Position numbers and translations under genes: made by a program. Below the pieces are notes generated by a model. That model ran no database searches and was not told the origin of the DNA. It was given only the letters and a program-made list of their open reading frames with translations. 64,000 nt of DNA from Gemmatimonadota bacterium (GTDB lineage: Bacteria > Gemmatimonadota > Gemmatimonadetes > Gemmatimonadales > Gemmatimonadaceae), in the NCBI GenBank assembly GCA_040389905.1, contig JAZJZK010000005.1, forward strand, positions 32,001-96,000. Reading direction: 5' to 3'. Below are positions 20,374-29,998 of this stretch, one piece after another. Each line of letters begins with the position of its first letter. Position 1 is the first letter of the stretch.

Positions 20374-21594
20374 TCAGGTGTTCGCGGGGCCCGCAAGGCT
20401 GGGCGCCGTGAACCGCTTCCACTCGTCCTTACGCAGGTGAACGGGACCATACGCGGACGGCGTGCCCCAGACGTTGTGCTTGATCCATTGGCCCTCCTCG
20501 ATCCACCACACACGTGGATCGCGAAAGCTGTCGGCAATCGACCAGAACTCGCCCTCTGACATCCCGACGTACTCGAGCCAGTACGGAAGGTCGGATGAAA
20601 CGACGTGATCGTATCGCCGCACCATTTCCACACCCTGTTCACGTGTGAGATACCCGGTGCGAATGTCCTTCGACGCGTGATCGGAGCCGCGGCCGTAGCC
20701 GAATTTCACGAACTTCATCAGGTCGTGGATGCCGTTCTCGTAGCGATCGTCGAGGTTCGAAATCGTCCGATAGGTGCGCTCGAACGGTTGTGCTGCCTCC
20801 TTCCACCCATGCCGCTTCATCATCTCCGCGGTGTGCGCGTAGGGATCCCACTTGAAGAAGTTGCCGATGTAGATGCCGCGCGAGCCGACGCGCAGGATGT
20901 CCTCGTCGGAGGGATAGCGCGCCCAGAGTAGATCGCGCTCGGCGAGCGGATCGGCGGCATCGCCGAGCATGTCGTACCATTCGAAGCCGCGCAGGTCGTG
21001 TTCGTGGCGCACGCGCGCGCTGAACTCGACGAGGTCGTCAGGATCGAACATCCCGGAGATGTCCCACGACGTTTCTCCCCAGATGTGCAAGGGAATCCCG
21101 AGCTTCACCGACATCTGGATGGGGTAGGTGAAGATGCCGCAGTGCGCATGCCAGTTCATGTCGCCCATCTTCCGGAAGCAGATGCGATTCAGCTTTTTCA
21201 GCACCTCGACGCTGGGGCCGAACACGAGATGGTCCGCGTCGAACACATGGCGCATGCGATCGCGATTGTAGTCGCCCTCCGGCAGATAGTTGTTGCCGTG
21301 ATAGGTGACCAACAGCGGCTTCAGTCCGTAGCGCTTGACGATGATGTCGGTCTGGTAGTAGCTGTCCTTTCCCCCGCTGACCGGGATGATGCAGTCGTAG
21401 TTGGCGCCAGCGCTTCGCGACTGTTCGATGATACGCTCGAAGAGCGCCCGTTTTCGATCCCAGAATTCCGGTGTCAGTGACTCGGCGCGCTCGAATGCAC
21501 GGCAACTCGAGCAAATGCCGTCATCGTCAACGTCGATGTTGACGGCGTGCACGGGATAAACGCACCGCGCGCAATACGTGCGAGAGGTCAGCAT
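20374..21594 (-). CDS. N-acetyl sugar amidotransferase (WbuX/WbpG/PseA-like)
   Basis: N-terminal CARC...CSSC, PP-loop YDCIIPVSGGKDSYYQ, KFVKFGYGR, DIR.G..TRE. Confidence 0.88.
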   Translation of the reverse strand: MLTSRTYCARCVYPVHAVNIDVDDDGICSSCRAFERAESLTPEFWDRKRALFERIIEQSRSAGANYDCIIPVSGGKDSYYQTDIIVKRYGLKPLLVTYHGNNYLPEGDYNRDRMRHVFDADHLVFGPSVEVLKKLNRICFRKMGDMNWHAHCGIFTYPIQMSVKLGIPLHIWGETSWDISGMFDPDDLVEFSARVRHEHDLRGFEWYDMLGDAADPLAERDLLWARYPSDEDILRVGSRGIYIGNFFKWDPYAHTAEMMKRHGWKEAAQPFERTYRTISNLDDRYENGIHDLMKFVKFGYGRGSDHASKDIRTGYLTREQGVEMVRRYDHVVSSDLPYWLEYVGMSEGEFWSIADSFRDPRVWWIEEGQWIKHNVWGTPSAYGPVHLRKDEWKRFTAPSLAGPANT

Positions 21595-21596
21595 CG

Positions 21597-22406
21597 CTAC
21601 GCGAGAGAAAGGAGTCTGGGCGGACGGACCTCGAACTTCCGCGCATGCAGGAAGGCCCTCGCCAGGTGCACGCTCTGGTCACTGTAGTGGAAGATATTCG
21701 CCGCAGCAACGGCATCGACATTCGTCTCGGAGAGTGCGTCGGCGAAATGCTGCCACTCGCCCACGCCACCGCACGCGATGACCGGAATGTGCACAGCGTC
21801 CGCAACCGCGCTCACGAGCGAAAGATCATAGCCTGTTTTCGCCCCATCGCGGTCGATGGAATTGATCAGGATTTCGCCTGCCCCTCGTTCCTGCGCTTCC
21901 GTCGCCCACGCGATGGGGTCGCGGCCCGTTGGGACTCGGCCGCCATCGATCATCACCTCGTATCCCGATTCGACCACCTTCGCATCGATCGACACCACGA
22001 CGCATTGGGATCCAAATTCGCGGCCGGCCTGTGTAATCAACTCGGGAGTGCTGGCCGCGGCGGTATTGATACAGAGCTTGTCCGCACCCAACGCAAGCCG
22101 ATCTGCCATGTCGCTGAGATTCCTGATGCGCCCGCCGACGGTCATCGGCATGAAGGTCACGGATGCAACCTCGCCGATGATCTCGAGAAAGGTCTGGCGA
22201 GGGGCGTGCGCAAGGTCCGTCCGCTGTGCATCGAACTGCCTTTCGCGGGAAATGTCGAGGTAGATCAGCTCATCCGATCCCCATTCGCTCAACCGCTTCA
22301 CCGCCGCCACGGGATTCCCGAGGTTCTGGTAGCGAGAAAAGCCGCGGCTCTGCACGAGCGAGCCATTTCGCAGCAGCAGCACGGGGATGATGCGGCGCTT
22401 CTTCAT
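21597..22406 (-). CDS. HisF-like cyclase paralog (WbuZ/HisF2), ammonia-channel partner of the amidotransferase
   Basis: RIIPVLLL, DELIYLDI, FMPMTVGG, GAGEILINSIDRDG, AVAAANIFHY; adjacent to the amidotransferase. Confidence 0.88.
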   Translation of the reverse strand: MKKRRIIPVLLLRNGSLVQSRGFSRYQNLGNPVAAVKRLSEWGSDELIYLDISRERQFDAQRTDLAHAPRQTFLEIIGEVASVTFMPMTVGGRIRNLSDMADRLALGADKLCINTAAASTPELITQAGREFGSQCVVVSIDAKVVESGYEVMIDGGRVPTGRDPIAWATEAQERGAGEILINSIDRDGAKTGYDLSLVSAVADAVHIPVIACGGVGEWQHFADALSETNVDAVAAANIFHYSDQSVHLARAFLHARKFEVRPPRLLSLA

Positions 22407-23035
22407 GGGAGGCCGAGAAAATTCCGCGCGAAACGGATTCCAGAATGTTGGCTCTTCTCCGGATGAAACTGCGCGCCGATAATGTTGCGGCGCTGCACGA
22501 CTGCGGCGAAGGTCTCACCATGTGTCGCGGTCGCGACGACATCCGCCGGATCGTCTGGCACAAAAATGAAGCTGTGGACGAAATAAAAGTCCGGTCGATC
22601 GCCGAGCCCGTCGAGAAGTGGGCTGTGATGAACCGTGGCCAAGTCGTTCCACCCAGTATGCGGAATGGAGACGTCAGAGCCTGTGTCGAGGCCGCGAGTC
22701 GTTCCCGCAATCCAACCAAGGCCGGCGTGCTCACCGAACTCCAGTCCTCGGTCCGCGAGCACCTGCATCCCAACGCAGATGCCGAGAAAGGGTTTGCCTT
22801 CCACGATCACAATCTGCTGGAGATCAGCGACTGGCAAGCGGGCGGAGATCCTCGTCATCGCCGCGCCGAAGGCGCCGACACCCGGAAGCACAAGATGCGT
22901 TGCGCGTCGGATGTCCTCCGGGTTGTTCGATACGACGATGTCTGCCACGAGCGAGGCGAACAGGTTGCGAACCGAGCGCACGTTGCCAGAGCCATAGTCC
23001 AGAACACACACGATCGGCGCGGATGGACCCGTCAC
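22403..23035 (-). CDS. HisH-like glutamine amidotransferase paralog (WbuY/HisH2)
   Basis: DYGSGN, LPGVGAF, LGICVGMQ, PHTGWN, FYFVHS, QFHPEKS. Confidence 0.9.
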   Translation of the reverse strand: MTGPSAPIVCVLDYGSGNVRSVRNLFASLVADIVVSNNPEDIRRATHLVLPGVGAFGAAMTRISARLPVADLQQIVIVEGKPFLGICVGMQVLADRGLEFGEHAGLGWIAGTTRGLDTGSDVSIPHTGWNDLATVHHSPLLDGLGDRPDFYFVHSFIFVPDDPADVVATATHGETFAAVVQRRNIIGAQFHPEKSQHSGIRFARNFLGLP

Positions 23036-23047
23036 TGCTCGTGCGCC

Positions 23048-24355
23048 TCAGGCCAGGCGTTTGAAACGCGAATGCGCCACTGGACCGCGGAGGCGCGTCT
23101 CGACCGTTCCCTCGGTGATGGCTGCGGCAACGATCGCGAACGCCTGGTCGACCACACTGAAGTACTGCGACAGCATCTCGTTGTCGTGGCGCAGGTTCAC
23201 GTAGAATCGGTTCGTGGACAGATAGCCCAAGTCGAGCATGCACTGCGTGTACAACGTGCGCGTCGCGTTGGGTGCATCGCCGATGAAGTCGAAGTGCGAA
23301 ATGGGCAGCATGCCGCCGATGTGGACGTGCAGGCCATGTCGATCCGCGAGCCGCTGCCATTCGCTCTGGATCAGTGCACCCCGCTGCACAAGCAGCGAAC
23401 CCACGTCGTGTGCCGTGTGCTTGCGAATGGTGGCCAGCGCCGCAACAGGGCCGATGCGCTCCGTCCATGAGGTGCTGCTGATAAACGATCCTTGAATCGC
23501 CTCCATCACGCGGGCGCGGCCGAGGACGGCCGCCATGGGGTAGCCGTTGCTCATCGCCTTCGCGAATACCGCGATGTCCGGTTCGATACCGAGCAGACGG
23601 TGGGCGCCACTGCTGGCAAAGCGGAACCCCGCCGTGATCTCGTCCACGATGAAGACCGCGCCTGCTTCCGTCGCAAGCTCGCGCACGCGTTCAAGAAAGC
23701 CGGGCTCAGGCGTCTCTCCGCGCAGCGGCTCCATGACGACGGCGGCGATTTCGCCTTTGTGTTCCGTCACGAGCGCTTCGAGCTCTTCGGGATGGTTGTA
23801 GCGAAAGGGCAGGGCGGTTCCGAGCAGCTCGCGGGGTACGCCAAGCGGCTCGAGCCCCGGCAGCAGATGTCCCGAGAGGACTTCGTCGTGCGCGAGATTG
23901 GCCGCGAGGTACCAGTCATGCCAGCCGTGATAGCCACAGAACAGGACCTTCGAGCGTCGCGTGTGTGCCCGTGCGGCGCGCACGGCGAGCGTCATCGCCT
24001 CGCCGCCGGCGCGCGTGTACCGCACCATGTCGGCCCACGGGTGGATCTCGCACAGCAGTTCGGCCAACTCGACTTCTTCCGGGCAGTTCAGCGTGGCGAC
24101 GGAGCCGTTATCGATCGCAGACTTGACTGCGGCATCGACGTCCGGGTCGGCAAAGCCAAGGACCGCTGCGCCAATCGAGCTGTCCGTGTCGATGAATCTC
24201 CGTCCTTCGAGGTCCCACACCTCATAACCGCTGGAGCGCGAGTAGTAGCTGGGCCACTGATCAGGCAGATACATCTCAGGGCGCTTGGACAGCAATTGCG
24301 TCCCGCCGGGAATCCTGCGCTTTGCCTCGAGGTACAACTCCTGACCCGACGTCAT
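23048..24355 (-). CDS. Class III PLP aminotransferase (GSA-aminomutase-like, glycan-cluster type)
   Basis: IPGGTQLLSKRPEM.LP.QWP.YY, CGYHGWHDWY, DEITAGFR, PDIAVFAKAMSNGYP (PLP Lys). Confidence 0.85.
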   Translation of the reverse strand: MTSGQELYLEAKRRIPGGTQLLSKRPEMYLPDQWPSYYSRSSGYEVWDLEGRRFIDTDSSIGAAVLGFADPDVDAAVKSAIDNGSVATLNCPEEVELAELLCEIHPWADMVRYTRAGGEAMTLAVRAARAHTRRSKVLFCGYHGWHDWYLAANLAHDEVLSGHLLPGLEPLGVPRELLGTALPFRYNHPEELEALVTEHKGEIAAVVMEPLRGETPEPGFLERVRELATEAGAVFIVDEITAGFRFASSGAHRLLGIEPDIAVFAKAMSNGYPMAAVLGRARVMEAIQGSFISSTSWTERIGPVAALATIRKHTAHDVGSLLVQRGALIQSEWQRLADRHGLHVHIGGMLPISHFDFIGDAPNATRTLYTQCMLDLGYLSTNRFYVNLRHDNEMLSQYFSVVDQAFAIVAAAITEGTVETRLRGPVAHSRFKRLA

Positions 24356-24485
24356 TTCAATGGCTCCGCTGAGCGAACACGATTCTCAACCCCCGGCGCG
24401 TCGATTCCGCGCCTTCATGCAAAATACGCGAGTGTTCGATGTGTCGGCATGTAGGCGGAATCGCCACAACGGCGTCCACTCGGCG

Positions 24486-25280
24486 TCATTCAATCTGTGC
24501 ATCGTCGCGCATCGTCTCCCGGGACGATGCCGGAGCGGCGTCCTCGCGGAGTGATTTCGCGTACCCCGCGTTTCGCTCGATGCCGCGGTTGCTCTCTTCC
24601 AATGTGTCGTCCGATCGAATCATGGCGGCGAGCTCCCGAAAGCCGAAGTCCATCGAGCCCATTCGCGAGGCCACCGCACGGACGAAGGCGAGGTCTGCCG
24701 GTTCGTCCACCGTCCATCGCATTGCCGAGAGGTCGTCGTCGAGCGACACATTTGCGAGCCGGAAAAGTTCCGGATGGTTTCTGATGAACGGTGTGACGTG
24801 CTCTCGCTCAGATGGTAGCGCAGCGCGCTTTGCGGCAAGTGCGAGCGCCGCAGCCGTAAAGACCTCCGTATCGAGCCCGTCGGGATAAGTTGGGGGATTG
24901 ACGTTCGAGACGTAGTCCTGGCCACGCTTCAAGAACTCGCGCACCACATCGTCGACGACCGACGGATCGATAAACGGACAGTCCGCCGTGACACGCACGA
25001 CGACGTCGGCACCGAGCGACGTGGCCGCGTCGTGATAGCGCGAGAGCACGTCGTTCACGCTGCCGCGCGTGACGAGAATTGCATTCGCCCTACAGAAGGC
25101 CTCTACCTCGTCGTCATCGGGCGAGACGGTTGTGGCGACCACCACGAGATCCACGCGTTGCGCGTTTCGGACGCGCCGCACGACGTGGGCGAGCATCGGT
25201 GCTCCAGCGATATCCGCGAAGATCTTTCCGGGCAATCGCGTCGAACCAAGACGTGCCTGTATGATGGCGACCGTCTTCAC
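24486..25280 (-). CDS. SpsF-like cytidylyltransferase (CMP-nonulosonate synthetase, PseF-equivalent candidate)
   Basis: IIQARLGSTRLPGK, RGS..DVL.RY, RVTADCP, YPDGLDTE, REHVT, RWTVDEP.D. Confidence 0.85.
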   Translation of the reverse strand: MKTVAIIQARLGSTRLPGKIFADIAGAPMLAHVVRRVRNAQRVDLVVVATTVSPDDDEVEAFCRANAILVTRGSVNDVLSRYHDAATSLGADVVVRVTADCPFIDPSVVDDVVREFLKRGQDYVSNVNPPTYPDGLDTEVFTAAALALAAKRAALPSEREHVTPFIRNHPELFRLANVSLDDDLSAMRWTVDEPADLAFVRAVASRMGSMDFGFRELAAMIRSDDTLEESNRGIERNAGYAKSLREDAAPASSRETMRDDAQIE

Positions 25281-26146
25281 TGTGCCGGCCAGGTTCTGGG
25301 ATCGATCAAGCGCACGTCGTTGGCCGTGAGCCCTGTGGGTAGTGCCGCCGGTGGGTCATTGGCCGCGTGCACCAACTCGTCGAGCTCGCGGACGCTCGAA
25401 ACACCGATGATCACGTTATGCACGTTCGGCTGTGCGAGCGCAAAACCCAGGGCTGCTCGCGCTGCCGACGAGCGGTGGTGCGCGAGCCACTCGTCCCACT
25501 GCCACCAGTGCGTCGCAAAACCATCGCAGAACGACGGGCGGGAGGTCGGTGACGCAAGCAGGAGTCCTTGTAGGAATACCGATCGAACATCGACGGTCAC
25601 TGACCCTAGGGCGAGGCGATCGATCATCCCGGAGTCGCGAAAGCGCGTATCGAATACGTTGAACGGAAGCTGCACCATGTCGAGATCGAACCTCGGCCAG
25701 AGCGCAGAGAGTTGTGCCGGCGCGTAGACCGAAACGCCGATGCGATGCGTGAGTCCCATCGACTTGACCCGCACGACGGCGCGGTGCAATGCAGTCCCAC
25801 CGGATTCGAGCAGGTCGTCGGGTTGATGGAGCAGGAGCCCATCGAGCCGATCCACGCGCAGGCGCATGAGAGACGCGTTGAGCGCTCGCTCCACGTATCC
25901 TTCAATATCGGTGCAATCTCGGGGCGGAGCGGCGAGCTTGGTGACGACGCGCCACGACGCCACACCGGCGCGACCGAGCAACGTTTCCGCATCGCCGTAC
26001 GCCGGGGCCGTGTCGAGCGTATCGATCCCATGCTCGGCCGCCTGTGCGAGGATGGCCTGAACGGTGTCCGCCGAGAGCCGGCCGGCGCGGTTGGTGACGC
26101 CGTACGGACCGCCGAATTGCGCCGTGCCAAGTGCCAACCGCGTCAC
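25277..26146 (-). CDS. Aldo/keto reductase
   Basis: LALGTAQFG..YG, LDTAPAYG.AE, VTK, LLLH, IGVSVY, QLPFN.FD, RSVFLQGLL. Confidence 0.88.
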   Translation of the reverse strand: MTRLALGTAQFGGPYGVTNRAGRLSADTVQAILAQAAEHGIDTLDTAPAYGDAETLLGRAGVASWRVVTKLAAPPRDCTDIEGYVERALNASLMRLRVDRLDGLLLHQPDDLLESGGTALHRAVVRVKSMGLTHRIGVSVYAPAQLSALWPRFDLDMVQLPFNVFDTRFRDSGMIDRLALGSVTVDVRSVFLQGLLLASPTSRPSFCDGFATHWWQWDEWLAHHRSSAARAALGFALAQPNVHNVIIGVSSVRELDELVHAANDPPAALPTGLTANDVRLIDPRTWPAQ

Positions 26147-26164
26147 CGCCGCCCCAGCGTGACG

Positions 26165-26824
26165 CTATTCCGGTCCGAGCCGATCATCGTGCGTTCGCTT
26201 GTGGAACACCCAGGTTGCGACCCACTCATTTGCGTCGTCGCCGGCGGGACGACCGTCTTCATTCGCGAGGTCGCGGCTCATCAGCACATAGTCCGGGTGC
26301 CACGAAAACATCGCGCCGAAATCCATCTTGTGTGACGCGAGCTCGGGGCGATGGTGGTACACCCGCGTGGTCGGCGACGCGCTGTAGAAGTCGTGAATGA
26401 CGAGAATCCCCGGCATTCGAAGCACACGATCCGCCTCCGCGGCAATCCGAAACAGGTCGGCCCGGTCGCACAGGTACAGGCAAAAGCCGAAAACGACAAC
26501 GTCGAACGCTGACTCGCCGAACGGAAGCGAGTCTGCCGTGCCGCGATGGGCATCGATGCCTCGCGCGAGTGCCTCCGCGACCGCCTCCGCGGACGGGTCG
26601 ATGCCACTGCAGCGCACACCAAGTTCCCGACCGAGCCATTCGAGGCGCCTGCCTCCGCTACAACCAATCTCGAGCAGGCGTAACGGACGATCCGGTCGAA
26701 GCAGCGGGAGAAGGTTTCGGAGAATCGGGTCGTCATCCGGGAGCGTGAGTCCCTCGACCATGTTTCGGTTGCGGCGGAACCATGCATCGCCCTCTCGCTC
26801 GAGAAACGCGTCGCGCTGTGTCAC
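26165..26824 (-). CDS. Class I SAM-dependent methyltransferase (nonulosonate-cluster type)
   Basis: EGDAWF.RN, LLEIGCSGG, GIDPS, GTADSLPF, GFCLYLCDR. Start uncertain (GTG 26824 preferred over 26899). Confidence 0.82.
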   Translation of the reverse strand: MTQRDAFLEREGDAWFRRNRNMVEGLTLPDDDPILRNLLPLLRPDRPLRLLEIGCSGGRRLEWLGRELGVRCSGIDPSAEAVAEALARGIDAHRGTADSLPFGESAFDVVVFGFCLYLCDRADLFRIAAEADRVLRMPGILVIHDFYSASPTTRVYHHRPELASHKMDFGAMFSWHPDYVLMSRDLANEDGRPAGDDANEWVATWVFHKRTHDDRLGPE

Positions 26825-26926
26825 GACACGCTGTTCGCGTCCATGACCCAAGCTCGCGTATCGCTCCGGAGATTCGTGTCCACTCGTCGTGCGCCTCACA
26901 ATGAGTCGGCCGTTCGTGCCGTGATT

Positions 26927-26945
26927 CCGAAAGGTAGCCGAGAAC
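26927..26945 (-). promoter_or_regulatory. Putative internal promoter motif (second copy)
   Basis: GTTCTCGGCTACCTTTCGG on the minus strand; matches 15128-15147. Confidence 0.4.
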
Positions 26946-26969
26946 CGGGGAAACAGCCTACGCGCACAG

Positions 26970-28343
26970 CTACGTCGCCATGCTGTGACGTGCGAGAATC
27001 TCCTCGTACCACTCCACGTATTGTCGGGTCTGTACCGTTACATCGAACCGCTCCTCGGCATCTCGGCGTGCATTGGCTCCGAGGATGTTTCGCAACGCGG
27101 AATCGGACAGCAGCTGCGTAATCGCCTGCGCCAACGAGACTTCATCACCCGGCGCGACGAGCATGCCCGTCGCACCTCGGGCGTCCAGTGTGCCATCATG
27201 TTCGCCGATCGGTCTCACGATCTCCGCGACACCACCGACGGTGCTCGCGATGACAGGGGTACCACACGCCAATGCCTCGATGATCGAAAGCGGGAGCACC
27301 TCCGCCCGCGATGCATGCACGTACACGTCGGCCGCCCGGTACAAGTCGGCCATCCGATTGACGTCCTCCTCGAATGGCAGGCGACGAATCTCCACCAGCC
27401 CTCGTTGTGACGACGGCCCGGTTTCTCCGGCGATGACGACCGTCAACGTCTGCTCGGGTGCGACGTGCAACAGGGCGCGCTCGAGCGTGGGAACATCCTT
27501 GTACGCGTTTTCTCTCCCGCCCGCGGCAGAGGTGAGGAGGAGGTGGCCATCGAGGGGCAAGCCCAGCCTCTGCCGCGCCTCCCGCCTATTCCCCGGCCGA
27601 AAGAGCGTAAGGTCGATGCCGTGAGGAATGATCCGCGTCTCCGAGACGGCCGGAAAGAACATCGATGCCTGCACGCGCGGAATTAACCATTGCGCTGGGA
27701 CCGCGACGAAGAGGCGCGAACGCCGAAACACCTCGGCCTTTCGCAGCCAGTTGAAGGCCGTTGCGTCCGCGCCAACCGGCGGCGAGGTGAAGAGATAGGG
27801 GCACTCCCCACAGCCAGTGCGCCAGCGTTCGCAGTCGAGCGGCTGGGCACAATGACCGCTCAGCAGCCAGCAATCGTGCATCGTCAACACGACAGGCTGG
27901 CGCTCCGAGAGTGCTGGCAGGGCGGTCAGGTCGAAATAGTTGCCGTGAAGGTTGTGGCAGTGGATGAGATCGGGATGGAAGACGTCGGGAAGCCGGCGCG
28001 AGCCGCTGAAGTCGAAGTCCTCGAGGCCACGGAGGTAGGCGAGCGTGCCTCTGGGGTCAGCGACTGCTCCGAGCGCGCGACGAACGAAGGGCGCGGCGCG
28101 CCTGAGGAGCGGAACGCGCTGCAGTGTGGACGGGACCCACATGCGGAACCACCGCCATGTCCGAAACCACGCACTCGTGCGGCGAGGCTCGTCGATTTCC
28201 ACGATGTGGGACTCCGACCCGAACCGAGTACCGACGGCGAGAATGGCATCCAGCCCCGCTCGGCGCTGAAAGCGCGCCAGATCGGCGGCCACGCGCCCCG
28301 CGCCACCCAACCCATCTGTGGTGGCGATATGCAGAACTCGCAA
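26970..28343 (-). CDS. GT4 glycosyltransferase (WcaC-like)
   Basis: RVLHIAT.D..GGAG, HCHNLHGNYF, TMHDCW..SGHC, CGECP, ADVYVH.S.AE.LP..IIEALACGTPV. TTG start at 28343, 5 nt after the upstream stop. Confidence 0.85.
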   Translation of the reverse strand: MRVLHIATTDGLGGAGRVAADLARFQRRAGLDAILAVGTRFGSESHIVEIDEPRRTSAWFRTWRWFRMWVPSTLQRVPLLRRAAPFVRRALGAVADPRGTLAYLRGLEDFDFSGSRRLPDVFHPDLIHCHNLHGNYFDLTALPALSERQPVVLTMHDCWLLSGHCAQPLDCERWRTGCGECPYLFTSPPVGADATAFNWLRKAEVFRRSRLFVAVPAQWLIPRVQASMFFPAVSETRIIPHGIDLTLFRPGNRREARQRLGLPLDGHLLLTSAAGGRENAYKDVPTLERALLHVAPEQTLTVVIAGETGPSSQRGLVEIRRLPFEEDVNRMADLYRAADVYVHASRAEVLPLSIIEALACGTPVIASTVGGVAEIVRPIGEHDGTLDARGATGMLVAPGDEVSLAQAITQLLSDSALRNILGANARRDAEERFDVTVQTRQYVEWYEEILARHSMAT

Positions 28344-28348
28344 TGTGC

Positions 28349-28837
28349 CTACGATGGACCTCTTTCCAGTGGTACCGCGGCTCGCTCGTTCTGCAGTTTC
28401 GCCATGTATCGCTGCGATTCCGAGATACGTTCGATTTCGATCGACATGGCGTCGACGGCTTGCTCGATGCGCTGGAGTTGCTCGGTCAACTGCGGATTCG
28501 CGATCGCGACGTCGGAACGCCGCTCGATCCGCCGTCCGAACGCGCGCGCGAGTGGCCACCCGATGATGATGACGGCGCACATGACGAAGAATCCGACCGA
28601 AATGTCCACCACCCCTGATGGGATCCCGCTGTCGAAGCCACCGCCGGGGGGCGGAACGATGACCAGCCCTCGGCCGCCCCCTCCCTGCGTACGCGCCTGT
28701 GCGGCCTCCTGCGCCGCCTCGCGCGCCGCAGCCTGCGCCTCACGAATCGACTGGCGAATCTCCTGCCGCAATTCGTCGCCCGGCCGTGGTGGAGCTGACG
28801 GCGTCTGGATGGTTGTGCCCTGGTGACGCTCGTTCAT
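28349..28837 (-). CDS. Hypothetical single-pass membrane protein with coiled-coil C-terminus
   Basis: TM segment (ISVGFFVMCAVIIIGWPL) followed by LQRIEQAVDAMSIEIERISESQR. Confidence 0.75.
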   Translation of the reverse strand: MNERHQGTTIQTPSAPPRPGDELRQEIRQSIREAQAAAREAAQEAAQARTQGGGGRGLVIVPPPGGGFDSGIPSGVVDISVGFFVMCAVIIIGWPLARAFGRRIERRSDVAIANPQLTEQLQRIEQAVDAMSIEIERISESQRYMAKLQNERAAVPLERGPS

Positions 28838-29008
28838 GTGGTTCGACCTCGCTGCGAATGCCTCGCGCTGGGCGAGGCGTGCCGTCGTGATGAATGTAGA
28901 CCCTACGCTTTGGCGGCGCGAGGAGTTGCGTTCGGTGACGGGCTTCCTCGGACGCGAGCGCATCCATCATTTTGTGTTCATTCAGTTGTCCCACTTTCCA
29001 CGATCACA

Positions 29009-29998
29009 TTGACGACCTCATTCACCGTTGTCGCCGGCGGCGGCGGATTCATTGGCGGTCACCTCGTTGCGCGCCTTCGCGCGCACGGCCACCCTGTGCG
29101 TGCGATCGACATGAAGCCACTCCACGCGTGGCACCAGTCGTTTCCGGACGTGGACAATGTCGTGGCAGACCTTCAAGGCGCGGCCGCCTGCACCGACGCG
29201 GTCAGGGGTGCCCGCGTCGTCTACCAGCTCGCGGCGGACATGGGCGGCATGGGTTTCATCGAGCACAACAAGGCGTTGTGCATGCTCTCGGTGCTCACCA
29301 ACACCCATATGTTGATGGCCGCCACCGCGGCGAACGTCGAACGCTTTTTCTACTCATCGTCCGCGTGCGTGTACAACGCCGACAAGCAACGCGACGAGCA
29401 CGTGGTTGCGCTCAAGGAATCGGATGCGTATCCGGCAATGCCTGAAGATGGATACGGTTGGGAGAAACTCTTCTCCGAGCGCATGTGCCGTCACTTCCGC
29501 GAAGACTTCGGTCTCGCCACACGCGTCGCTCGGTATCACAACGTCTATGGACCGCACGGTAGTTGGGAAGGCGGGCGCGAAAAGGCGCCTGCCGCTATCT
29601 GTCGCAAGGTGATCGAGAGTATCGCCAACGGCTCGAACACCATCGAGATCTGGGGACCGGGCACGCAAACCCGGTCATTCATGTATATCGACGACTGCCT
29701 GAAGGGGACGCAGCTCATCGCCGCGAGCGATATCCTCGAGCCAGTCAATCTTGGGTCGGACGAGCTCGTGACGATCAATCAACTCGTTGACATCGTCGAG
29801 GAGATCGCCGGCGTGAAATTGACACGCAAATACGACCTCTCCGCACCGAAGGGAGTGAATGGACGCAACTCGGACAACACGAGGATCAAGGAGACGCTCC
29901 ATTGGGAGCCTTCGATTCGGCTTCGTGAGGGAATGGAGCAGACGTATCGCTGGATCTTCGACGAGTTTTCGAAGAAATACGGCAGGCCTGCGCGGTGA
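29009..29998 (+). CDS. GDP-mannose 3,5-epimerase-like SDR
   Basis: GGGGFIG, YQLAADMGGMGFI, SSACVY, PEDGYGWEKL, RYHNVYGP.G.W.GGREKAPAA.CRK, GVNGRNSDN. Start probably TTG 29009. Confidence 0.85.
   Translation: MTTSFTVVAGGGGFIGGHLVARLRAHGHPVRAIDMKPLHAWHQSFPDVDNVVADLQGAAACTDAVRGARVVYQLAADMGGMGFIEHNKALCMLSVLTNTHMLMAATAANVERFFYSSSACVYNADKQRDEHVVALKESDAYPAMPEDGYGWEKLFSERMCRHFREDFGLATRVARYHNVYGPHGSWEGGREKAPAAICRKVIESIANGSNTIEIWGPGTQTRSFMYIDDCLKGTQLIAASDILEPVNLGSDELVTINQLVDIVEEIAGVKLTRKYDLSAPKGVNGRNSDNTRIKETLHWEPSIRLREGMEQTYRWIFDEFSKKYGRPAR

Noticed and set aside
21597..23035. Histidine biosynthesis hisF/hisH
   Set aside because: Context next to an N-acetyl sugar amidotransferase and the divergent HisF motifs indicate glycan-modification paralogs.
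23048..24355. hemL (tetrapyrrole synthesis)
   Set aside because: It has GGTQLLSKRPE and YHGWHDW instead of the HemL-type GGVNSPVR and YHGH.D; glycan-cluster context.
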